Part shown: positions 1 through 8,800 of the stretch, piece by piece
How positions within the stretch are numbered: the stretch's first letter is position 1
How the letters are laid out: every line of letters begins with the position of its first letter
Assembly (NCBI GenBank): GCA_002794465.1
Contig: MTSL01000174.1
Coordinates: 44,484 to 76,483 of the forward strand
Reading direction: 5' to 3'
DNA length: 32,000 nucleotides
DNA from: Paramicrosporidium saccamoebae KSL3
Lineage: Eukaryota; Fungi; Cryptomycota
The notes under the pieces: model-generated
Databases searched by the model: none
What the model saw: the letters and a program-made list of their open reading frames with translations, nothing else
Told to the model about the DNA's origin: nothing
Made by a program: the position numbers and the translations under genes

Positions 1-266
1 AACAATATTCGCTTATGACTGGTGATCCTCATAGCTATCCTAGAATCCGGCATGTATAAAGACACTTTTAATAAAATGTTCTCTCGTGCATTTTATCTCT
101 GGTACGTGGTAGGGAAACCGTCATAGCCTCATGGGCCTTTGTATAGACCGACCACCACTCTGATGGGTCAGTCTGACTTTTGATCCAACTCACACATTGC
201 GCGTCTCTGGATTTGGATCAAATTCTTCACAGTCTCAGCGCCAATAAGTGTTTATTGGATTCGGGA

Positions 267-941
267 TCAAAGTAGAAACATCGCAGCGGCAAATAAGAGC
301 CCCAACATGGGAGTGAGGGCGTCGGTAAGGATGGCTGCTGCATTCACAGTGTATGCACGAGGCTTTTGCAGACGGGTGGGATAGTTGAATTCGTTGTAGT
401 AGCCCCATCCATTCTGAGGTCCCGGGGCGTAGGGATCAACAATCATTCCAGGCGGTGGTTGATATCCACCAGCCGCACCCCCAGCGCCGCCACCGGCAAT
501 GTCCAAAGGACCAGCAACAGGCAATGATGGGGATGCGGCGTTAGGTTTGGTCTTGTCCGAATCGCCACTTGAACTTGGCTTGGTGCCCGCTGGCTTTTTG
601 TCAACGGGTTCGGGATCCTTTTTGGCGGAAGCAACTGGAGGAGGCGGAGGCGGAGGGGGAGGAGGCGGCGGAGGTGGAGGCGACGGAGAGGAAACGCCAT
701 CTTTCTTCACGGGTGGTGACTCTTTCCCAGGGGACTCCATCCTGGGCTGCTCCAAGGGAGACAGAGCATCTCTTTTCGGCCACTGCATCCGGTCTCTCGG
801 ATCGGCCTCTACAAACTCGGCCTCTTCAGTGTCTTCGACCTCGGCGATCTCGGCAACTTCAACTGCCTCCTCTGCCTCGCAATTTACGACGGCTATGGTA
901 AACAAAAGTAGGAACAAAACATATAGGAGCCTTGACCTCAT
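267..941 (-). CDS. Predicted secreted, GPI-anchored Pro-rich surface protein (224 aa), no recognised family
   Basis: Hydrophobic N-terminal signal (MRSRLLYVLFLLLFTIAVVNCEA), Glu-rich segment, a KR dibasic site, a 15-Pro run and a Gly-rich spacer. The C-terminus is hydrophobic without a cytosolic tail (VNAAAILTDALTPMLGLLFAAAMFLL), typical of a GPI signal. AATAAA follows on the minus strand at 251-256. Confidence 0.75.
   Translation of the reverse strand: MRSRLLYVLFLLLFTIAVVNCEAEEAVEVAEIAEVEDTEEAEFVEADPRDRMQWPKRDALSPLEQPRMESPGKESPPVKKDGVSSPSPPPPPPPPPPPPPPPVASAKKDPEPVDKKPAGTKPSSSGDSDKTKPNAASPSLPVAGPLDIAGGGAGGAAGGYQPPPGMIVDPYAPGPQNGWGYYNEFNYPTRLQKPRAYTVNAAAILTDALTPMLGLLFAAAMFLL
637..681 (-). repeat. 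Poly-proline codon run (15 x CCN)
   Basis: The plus strand reads 15 consecutive GGN triplets, giving P15 in the minus-strand CDS. Confidence 0.9.
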
Positions 942-1007
942 CTCACAGCAAATATGTTTATTGCATCCGTTTTATGATAGAGAATCGTCATGGTAACGAC
1001 AGAGCCA

Positions 1008-1760
1008 TTATAGGACATAGAAGATGGGAATTAGAATACCAACAACAAGTCCAACGATCAAGGCCGAGTTACGAGTGGCTCCCGAATTCAAGTTCCGTTG
1101 CATGTCCATGTTGGGGAGTTCAAAGGAGGATTTTTTGTAAGTGTTGTACTCGTTGATGTTGAAGGGCTTGAAGCGACGACTACGACGACCGGTGGGACGA
1201 GGACGACGACTGACTGATCGACGAGAGGTACGTGACACTGAGGAGGCCTCACTACTGACTGTTTTGGAGACGGCAGACGATCGGGTAGGAGTGGTACGGC
1301 TAGTAGTTGTCCGTGAAGAGGTAGTCTTGACAGAAGTACGTCGGACGCTGCTGGTCCGGACTGAGGAACGACGAGTTGGAGAGGGTCGAGCACTGGAGGA
1401 ACGACGACTTGCAGAGGTTCTTGTTGGAGATGGACGTCTACTTGAAACAGCTGGCTTTGCCACAGCCGGCTTGACTGTAGGCAACGAGACTGTCTCCATC
1501 TCTGTCACCACGATCACTTGAATGACCGTGTTCATCGGTCTTTGGGGTTGGACGGACGGTCTCACTGGCCTCGGTGGTCCTCGCATCACTCTTGTCGGTG
1601 CAGCCGGCGCTACACTGTTCACCGGCGCGGCTGCTGTTGGAGCGACAGGCGCAGATTGCACGGCAGCAAGATTGACAAGTGGCACATCCAAATCGGGCAG
1701 TTGGGGGATTTCTGCATAGAGGGAAAGTGCAAAGAGGAAGAGGGTCAACAGACAATTCAT
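1008..1760 (-). CDS. Predicted secreted, GPI-anchored Ser/Thr/Arg/Pro-rich mucin-like protein (about 250 aa)
   Basis: A signal peptide begins at the second Met (MNCLLTLFLFALSLYAE, ATG at 1760; alternative ATG at 1781). An Ala/Pro-rich region precedes an S/T/R-rich low-complexity core. The C-terminus is hydrophobic and GPI-like (NSGATRNSALIVGLVVGILIPIFYVL). Confidence 0.75.
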   Translation of the reverse strand: MNCLLTLFLFALSLYAEIPQLPDLDVPLVNLAAVQSAPVAPTAAAPVNSVAPAAPTRVMRGPPRPVRPSVQPQRPMNTVIQVIVVTEMETVSLPTVKPAVAKPAVSSRRPSPTRTSASRRSSSARPSPTRRSSVRTSSVRRTSVKTTSSRTTTSRTTPTRSSAVSKTVSSEASSVSRTSRRSVSRRPRPTGRRSRRFKPFNINEYNTYKKSSFELPNMDMQRNLNSGATRNSALIVGLVVGILIPIFYVL

Positions 1761-1822
1761 GTTTTGTTGGTGGGCGGGCAATGATGGACGGAAAAGGGAA
1801 CTTTTGGAGCCGGGTCGTTGGC

Positions 1823-2569
1823 ATGGAGATGGAGCAGGTCAAAACATTCCAATTGGAAATTGTATGTCCATGGTCCATGGTGTTGGTACTAGGCATAGGA
1901 GGCGGAGCAGCATCAGGCCAAGGACATTCTTAGGGGTTCGGCTTCCAGCTGCACCTAATGTTTAGCCGTCTTACACACCATCCTGTTCCACAGACTGCTG
2001 GGTCCGACAAGTCCCAAGGATGTCTCTTTGGATTTTCCCAAACTAGCCTATGTATGTAGCCAGTATTTGCAGGATAATTGCAGGTGAAATGTAGCGACTC
2101 GACCATTGAACGGGAAGTAGAGTCTCAAGTGAATGCGGCCATGTCCAATCTAAATGGCCAAACCACCGTATCATGTCGTTCTGGTGTAATGCATAGACGG
2201 TTTCTGTGTCATTTTTTGAACACATGGAGCGACGTGGATGGCTGTTTGGTGGGGCGGTGGAGCGGGAATGGGAGCGTTGGCTGCTCCGGCTGACGGTGCG
2301 CAAGGTCATTTCGGATAAAGGTAGCATCTGTCTAGGCTAATTGGGCAGAATTGACAAAGTTTCGTCAAATGTTGGAGCGCAATCTGCAAGGTTGTCTGTT
2401 GTACATTTCCACCATGGCAATGGAGTATCGCAGTCACATGCCCACTCCTCACGAGCCCATCCGTAGCTCGCCTTTTCGCATCCTCGTCGGTCACACCGCC
2501 TCGGAATCGTGGGGCGGCATACTCAAAAAACTTTTAAGCGAAACGGCCTCTGCCAACATTCTGGGATGA
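1823..2569 (+). CDS. ATG101: Autophagy-related protein 101 (HORMA domain), 6 exons, 196 aa
   Basis: Exons 1823-1861, 1899-1935, 1966-2051, 2084-2167, 2197-2320 and 2349-2569, with GT-AG introns of 37, 30, 32, 29 and 28 nt and all phases compatible. The spliced product reads MEMEQVKTFQLEIEAEQHQAKDILRAVLHTILFHRLLG...VSFFEHMERRGWLFGGAVEREWERW...RSHMP...SPFRI. This matches the ATG101 hallmarks LHTILFHR, the W-x-F finger, WExW and HxP...PF. Confidence 0.85.
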
Positions 2570-2574
2570 TAGTT

Positions 2575-2962
2575 TTAATGTAAAGACTCATAAACTGACG
2601 GGTCGTCTTGGTACATGGTCCGAAACATCCGGAAGCCGCCCATGAGAACACGGACGGATGGATGGGGTCGGTTCTTCATGTGGGCGGCGTACATGCGGGC
2701 GGCTGCAGGACCGCGCGTCTGCGAGTAGTAACAATGGAATACAACCAGTTCTGCGTCCTGTACTCTATACGCCAGCTTTTCTAACACACTCTCCAACAGG
2801 TGGAACGGGAAATGCAGACTCCCCCTAATCTTGCCAAACTATACATTAGACTCTTTCCATATTTACAGAATAGTCTGCCTCGCGCACATCAATGACGGCC
2901 ACTGGCGCATTGCTTTTAAGCAGCTCAGCCAACCGCTCAGCCTCGATAAATGACACTTCCAT
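2575..2962 (-). CDS. YCH1: Cdc25-like rhodanese-domain phosphatase / arsenate reductase (Ych1/Ibp1/Acr2 family), 2 exons, 119 aa
   Basis: Exon 2962-2867, a 28-nt intron 2866-2839 (GTAAAT...CTAATGTATAG), and exon 2838-2575. The product MEVSFIEAERLAELLKSNAPVAVIDVREADYS|FGKIRGSLHFP...VFHCYYSQTRGPAAARMY...VLMGGF carries the DVR motif, the HCX5R active loop and the LxGG motif. Confidence 0.85.
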
Positions 2963-2975
2963 TGGTGGCGAGGGT

Positions 2976-4094
2976 ATGGTGCATCAGCATGGCCGGGAGC
3001 GGTCACCGGACCGTCGTGATGCAGAGAATTGGCAACACAAGGAACGACAATTTCACAGGAAACAACTCGTAGAACGGGCCAAGGTGAGACTGGGCGAGAG
3101 GAGAGAGACTTGCTTCGACGTGCTTCTTCTGAATACCGTCAAATGCGGCATCTTTTCAGATAGAAATCCGGCCAAAGCTGTGCAAGCAACTCTGGAAGTC
3201 GTAGAAAATATCCTCGAAGTCTTGGAGTATGAAGAGGATCCCACGGCCCGTGAGTATTGGAAGGCGCTGCAGGCGTGGGTGGACTTTCAACGAAATAGTC
3301 CTCAGACGGGAACCAGAACAAACGTATCGGTACGTGACGACATTCGCGACATGTTGGGAAAGAAGAATTACGAGGAGCTTTGTCGATTAGAAGTGCAGGT
3401 GAAGAGGAAGCTGCAGGAACCAGAGGTAGATCCTGACTACTGGGGAGGGTTGTTACTAGAGCTGAAGGAATTCAAGCTGAGGGAATGGCTGGTAGAGTGC
3501 AACAAGAGACTTCTTGTCCTGAGGAGGTCTGAAAATGCCGATTTGGTGTCAATAGAGGCTTATTCAGCATCCATACAATCTGAGAGGAAATCAGAAAAGC
3601 CTGACCAGCCCATTGTCACGAATTGGGATGAGAGTCTGGAAGCCTTGCGTCTTTATGAAAGTCATCTGGCCATGAATGGCGAGACGGATCAAATTTTATT
3701 CGATGAAGAGGTAAACATTACACAAAGCCGCGGAGCCATCAAGCCGAGATATGTAAACTGGGTGACGATGAAGGTGGAATGGACCAAATACAATCTGGCC
3801 CATTACACGAATGAGAACCCGCCCGCCCCCACTCCCCAAGCCTTTGCCTTTAACCTTTTCTATCCGCAGCTCCGGGATCCCACCAGAGTCCCCACATACA
3901 CCACTGAACCCGATCCTAGCCATCCTGACACTTACCAATTACTCCGTTTCAGTGGGGGCCCTCCGTATGCCGATCTCGTTTTCCGTCTGCCTGCCCATCG
4001 CTGGGAGCTTGGACATCGACAGGGCTTCCGATGTACATTTGAACGCTCCACTCTGAGCCTAGAATTTCAATTTAAGAGGCAGTTTTATCGATAA
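2976..4094 (+). CDS. CACTIN: Cactin (spliceosome C*-associated factor)
   Basis: Cactin-mid motif (ERQFHRKQLVERAKVRLGERR...DVL, DPDYW) and cactin C-terminal domain (KPRYVNWV...EWTKYNLAHYTNENPP...FNLFYPQL...GGPPYADLVF...FRCTFER...FQFKRQFYR). Start placed at ATG 2976 because the upstream ATG 2892 lies antisense inside the rhodanese exon 1. Confidence 0.9.
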   Translation: MVHQHGRERSPDRRDAENWQHKERQFHRKQLVERAKVRLGERRETCFDVLLLNTVKCGIFSDRNPAKAVQATLEVVENILEVLEYEEDPTAREYWKALQAWVDFQRNSPQTGTRTNVSVRDDIRDMLGKKNYEELCRLEVQVKRKLQEPEVDPDYWGGLLLELKEFKLREWLVECNKRLLVLRRSENADLVSIEAYSASIQSERKSEKPDQPIVTNWDESLEALRLYESHLAMNGETDQILFDEEVNITQSRGAIKPRYVNWVTMKVEWTKYNLAHYTNENPPAPTPQAFAFNLFYPQLRDPTRVPTYTTEPDPSHPDTYQLLRFSGGPPYADLVFRLPAHRWELGHRQGFRCTFERSTLSLEFQFKRQFYR

Positions 4095-4221
4095 ACACTA
4101 GTTTGAGAGAGTCCAGAAACAGAGTGATGGACAGGTAGCCGTCTTTGCGATGACTAGGACTTGGGATCAGTCTCCGTGTGATCAAGGCATTTCAGTTGGC
4201 GAGTAAGAGTGCTCAAACTCT

Positions 4222-4400
4222 TTCCATTAAGTGCCCCTGACTTTTCCCACCAACACCACAATTATGGACTCATCAATGTAATTAATTGGTTCCATTAAGC
4301 GCCCCTGACTTTTCCCACCAACACCACAATTATGGGCTCACCGACATAATCAATAGTTTCCATTGAATTCCTCTGATTTTTCTCACCAGCGCCACGATGA
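4222..4400. repeat. 68-bp degenerate tandem repeat, about 2.6 copies, between convergent cactin and SCS7
   Basis: Units begin TTCCATTAAG/TTCCATTGAA at 4222, 4290 and 4358. Copies 1 and 2 are nearly identical over about 50 bp. Differences are mostly transitions. Confidence 0.9.
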
Positions 4401-4490
4401 TTCTACTACGTTACAGTATGGTTGCAATGGGTTCGGATGCAAAAGTTTTCTTTTACACCGTCCCCACAATCATAGCGACTTTATTTACAT

Positions 4491-5588
4491 TCAAGGGAGA
4501 CGCAAGGGAAGCATAGTGTCAAAGACTACATCCCAGATCATGTTGCTCACCCCAAAGCCCTGATTCGGATTCACATAATGATGGTCCATGTGATACGTCT
4601 TCATCCGCTGCACATATTTGGGCAGAAAGGTGCCGTGATGTGAGTAGTAGTGGATCATGTCATATGCCACGTAGCCTGTAAGTGAGCCGGCCAGCAACAT
4701 TGCGGCGATGGGAGCGTCAAATAGGATGCGAAGCGTAATGGCCACCGGAATGGTAAAGGCACTCATCAGGAGGGGTGGCATCACCAAGCGATACCGATCC
4801 ATTGGCAGGAAATGGTGTACTCCGTGTATCAGGAAATGAACCACCAGGGCCATTGGGCGTTCTGGAAGTGCTTCGTCCATGTGGAAGACGAATCGGTGAA
4901 AGAAATACTCGTATATGGTCCACAACACCAGTCCATCAACATAATAGTGCGCTGCCGCCACTGTAGGAATACTTTGGGCAGCATATCGGGTCAGAAGGAA
5001 AATTATCGGGAGCCAAAATATCAACACACCATACCAAGTGTTCTTTGTAAAGAATTCCAAAATTGGACTGGCAAAAAAGACTGGCGTTGTGCTGGTGTAG
5101 CGCGGAATGTGCACCTGCTCCAGATAGTAGTTTTTACTCCACGTGTTTGCCCACACCTGCGGCATCAGGGGCTTGCTCAAGTCTAGAAATTCCTCATCTC
5201 GCCTCTCCCGCATGGTTGCACTCAGCGGCAATTCCTTTACCAACACACTGTCTTGATAACCCTTTAACGGCACATTGTCTTGATAATCCTTTACCAGCAC
5301 TGCTGCCCCGCCCTTTAACACATCGCCTTGGTAATCCTTTAAAACACCGATTTGATAATCCTCCAGCAGCATTTGCGCGTAATCCGAGTGTCGATGGAGC
5401 TTGGCAAACGCTTCGGTAATGTCCTGTCCCGCATATTCCAGCAACACCTCCAAGCCACCGGGATGGTCCTCTGCAAATCCCGACACATTGTACACCTTTC
5501 CGGCGTAATGTACCCACAGGTCATCCTTGGTGGCGTGTTGGGAGACCTCTTCGGGAGTGTAGGTTGGTCTTCGTTGTACCAAAGGCAT
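4491..5588 (-). CDS. SCS7: Sphingolipid fatty-acid alpha-hydroxylase (cytochrome b5 + fatty acid hydroxylase domain)
   Basis: Cytochrome b5 heme motif (HPGG, YNVSGF, HSDYA) followed by His-box hydroxylase motifs (EYFFHRFVFH, IHGVHH, YDMIHY.SHH, HMDHH, FGVS). Start chosen at ATG 5588 (MPLVQRRPTYTPEEV); an upstream in-frame ATG lies at 5654. Confidence 0.95.
   Translation of the reverse strand: MPLVQRRPTYTPEEVSQHATKDDLWVHYAGKVYNVSGFAEDHPGGLEVLLEYAGQDITEAFAKLHRHSDYAQMLLEDYQIGVLKDYQGDVLKGGAAVLVKDYQDNVPLKGYQDSVLVKELPLSATMRERRDEEFLDLSKPLMPQVWANTWSKNYYLEQVHIPRYTSTTPVFFASPILEFFTKNTWYGVLIFWLPIIFLLTRYAAQSIPTVAAAHYYVDGLVLWTIYEYFFHRFVFHMDEALPERPMALVVHFLIHGVHHFLPMDRYRLVMPPLLMSAFTIPVAITLRILFDAPIAAMLLAGSLTGYVAYDMIHYYSHHGTFLPKYVQRMKTYHMDHHYVNPNQGFGVSNMIWDVVFDTMLPLRLP
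5234..5370 (-). repeat. In-frame 24-27-bp degenerate repeat (KDYQxxVL-like, 5-6 copies) inside SCS7
   Basis: The protein reads LEDYQIGVL KDYQGDVL KGGAAVLV KDYQDNVPL KGYQDSVLV KELP. The DNA shows recurring CCTTTA...TTGATAA units. Confidence 0.85.
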
Positions 5589-5879
5589 TTGCTTGTTGTC
5601 ACTGGCCGTTATTTCCAATTTAGGAAGATGACGCCTGATTTGGAGATGTTGCATACTGCGAATCTTACTGGTTGCTGCAAGGTTGTCAAGTGTTTACAAA
5701 CTTTGTGTAATCCAATTGGAGCCCGTCTAAAGAATGGCGTCATGATTTTGTGACCATATCCAGATACTGGTCCAGTAATATTAGTTAGACGCATTTCCAG
5801 TGGTAGTCTCTTGAATATACCCACTTGCAATGCATCTATCGATAATGTTATCTGAAACGAATAAAGGAATTAGTTGTTA

Positions 5880-8800
5880 ATGAACGAGGCCGCCGTGGAG
5901 GAACCCTCCTCAGGCATGGCCGAATCGAGCCATAAGGCACCAAGCATGGACTTGGCAGGGATGCGTGGCACTCTCTACGATTTGTGCTGCATCTTACAAA
6001 GCAGTGGCCCTGATGAGCGTGCCGCACCTCTCGCACAGTTGGACACTATTCTTCGCTCTGCCGTATTAGTCGTGGTGAATTTTAATCGTTAGAAAGATCA
6101 TCAAGATGTGATATTCTCACAGCTTGCAGATATTCTGTGGCTGTTAGACTTGGGTTGTGACGATTCAGCTGAGCAGAGGGCCGTCTTGGGCTCACTGATC
6201 CAGACATTGATGGAGAGGCAGGTGGTTGATGAAGACGTGCTTCGGGAGCGTCTTGAGCCAGAGCTTTTAGAATTGGCTGGACTGCTTCCCTCGGCACAAA
6301 TATTTAACAAGAAGATTATCCGCATCAACACCAACATGCTGTATAAGCAACAAAAGTTTAATCTGCTGAGGGAGGAGAGTGAAGGTTTTGCAAAGTTGAT
6401 CGCTGTGCTTGCCTATGCAGAAGATAATGTTCTTGTCCATGACCAAGTAGTTGCTCTCATTGGTACGGGGTTGCTGGTGTATTAATTTTCAGGGTATTTC
6501 GATTTGGACCCGAACAAAGTTTTGGATATCATTCTAGATGTGTATGCCCAGAGGATCAGGACCGGCAGTCGTGTTTTTGAGGAGCTTCTAACAAAGTTGG
6601 CATTCCCTCCCAGCACAATAGCAAATGTCTTTGGCCCGAAATTGTCCTTTTTGGCACATGAAAGGAAGAGCGAAGAGGTGATGCAGGACATGATGCTTGC
6701 TGCCGCTCGTCTCATCAAGATTGGACTAATGACATTAGAGGGGATCTATGGTCATCTTTCCCCCTCTGACGAGGATACTGAAAAGGAGCTTGAAACTATC
6801 CTCCAACGTATTAGGAGTGGAACCTCTGCTGCTCCGCCGCCAGTCGTCAAGGAAGGCACCACCAAGGACCTGGTTCAAGAACATCAGCCTACTGTCCATG
6901 ATGTTGGGGTGGAGATTGGTAACGCAGTTGGTGTAGTCCGAAATCAAAAGGTGCTTTTGGTCGCAGGATTACTGCAGGTCGGCGATTTTAAAAGGGCCCG
7001 GATCTTTTTGGATCGATTTCCCTTGGTTGTCCATGCCCCGGTAGTTGCAAGCATGATTGCGCTTGTAATCCATGTGATTTTGGAACCGTCTTTGGCAAGT
7101 AGAGAGGCTTGCATAGAGGGATTCCTTAATGTCTCCAATGAAGAACTTGCAGCAATCACACCAGCGGATCAGGGGGCATTATTTGAGAGCCTCGTTGGAT
7201 GGCTTCGTTACATTAAGCATGGACTATTCCTTGATCCTAGGCTTATTAGCAAAATCTGCCGTACTGCTTCTTTGTACCTCGCTCAGGGAGATTCAGGGGT
7301 AAAGGAGCAATGGCTGACTGTCATCATTCACCACTTGTTACCCTCCATGACCCTTGTGCAGTCGAATCCCGCAGTTTCGTTTGAAATTTGGGACATTTTT
7401 AAAAAGTATCCGTACGCGACTCGATTTGCAGTGTATGGTAATTGGCGAAATGAAATGTATGCAAAGAATAGCGAAATGACACTGGCAAAGTCCATTGTAC
7501 TGGCCGACATTCGTCGTGTCATGCGCCGCCTAACGCGTGAAAATGTCCGACAGTATGGAAGGTTGATTGCCAAGCTTGCTCATTCCAACCCGGTGGTTGT
7601 ATTTCCAGTAATCTTGGAACAATTGCAAGCATATGACAATCTTATTCAACCAGTGGTGGATTCCATGAAATATCTGACTCCGCTGGATTTCGATGTTTTG
7701 ATTTTCATTTTAATTGATTGTTTGGCGGCCACACCGGGCAAGGATCGACTCAAAGACGACGGAACCAACTTGTCTTCATGGCTGCAGGGACTGGCAACAT
7801 TTGCCGGGTCTCTCTTCCGTCGATACTATTCCATCATTGATGCCGAGAGTCTCCTTCAGTATATTGTCAATCAGCTACGCGATGACAACTCTTTTGATTT
7901 GGTTGTACTGTCAGAGCTAATCCATCGGATGGGCGGCGTGGAATCGGTGGAAAATATGGCTAATGTGCACGTTGAAGCCCTCGCAGGAGGCCCTTTGCTA
8001 CTTGCCGAGGTCATCTCCAACCAAACCGTATCAGCCACACTTCGCTTCAATAAGCGTTCAAGCCAACACTTGATTCAGGTGCTGACCCAGAGCAAATTGA
8101 CAATTCCTCTATGGATCCTGCTGGCTCAACAAAGAACAGTTGCCTCGTTCAAGGGAGACTACAACCATTTAAAGCTGATTGGGGGCCTTCTTGACACTGG
8201 CCAAGCAGTGTTCCTGCAGTACTCTTCGTTGCTGGCGCAGGCAATTCGTACTGGTCAGATTAAATCTTGCGATTTGCCCGATCTTGCGACGCTGACCAAA
8301 ACACACGGAATTGATCTTGACTTGGCGTGTTACATGCGACGTACATTGGTACGTGCCGCGGGACAAAGGGACGTTATTAGTGATCAGAGTCTTTTTACCC
8401 TGACGGTCCCCAAATGTCCCCCGGATTTGTGTCGACTGTTTTGGTTCCTGGGGATTTCTGATATCCACGTGCCAGTCATTCGATATCAGTCCGAGTTGCT
8501 CCGTCTAAAGACGATCCTGTCATCTGCGTCGCCCTCTACTGAGGCCGAGATTACACGTTGGCGCCGTGACAGAGAGCGAGCGCCTCAGACAATTCTCAGC
8601 TTGGAGGGAGAGTTGCGCACACAGCAGGAGACTGTAGCTCGTAATATCGAACTGATTGGACAGATGAAGACAAGTCTCTTCATCAGCGAGGGAGAGGGCA
8701 ATTTTTTCTTCCAATGTGTTCTTCCGCGATCAATACAATCACCTGCCGACGCAATGTTCACAGCGCGCTTCATCCTGCTCTTGAACAAGTTGGAGATATG

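Noticed and set aside
1-240. Coding potential at the left edge
   Set aside because: The frames I checked close quickly and no protein motif was recognised.
499-1521. Plus-strand ORFs 499-996 (poly-Gly) and 1141-1521 (Arg/Val-rich)
   Set aside because: They are antisense shadows of the low-complexity GPI-type genes.
2892-2975. Longest-ORF start for cactin
   Set aside because: This segment encodes the conserved rhodanese N-terminus (ELL...VIDVR) on the opposite strand and shows no cactin-like sequence.
4222-4400. Possible CRISPR-like repeat-spacer array (also considered for 22889-23090)
   Set aside because: The apparent spacers are homologous to each other, there are few copies, there are no cas genes, and the context is eukaryotic. 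These are tandem duplications.
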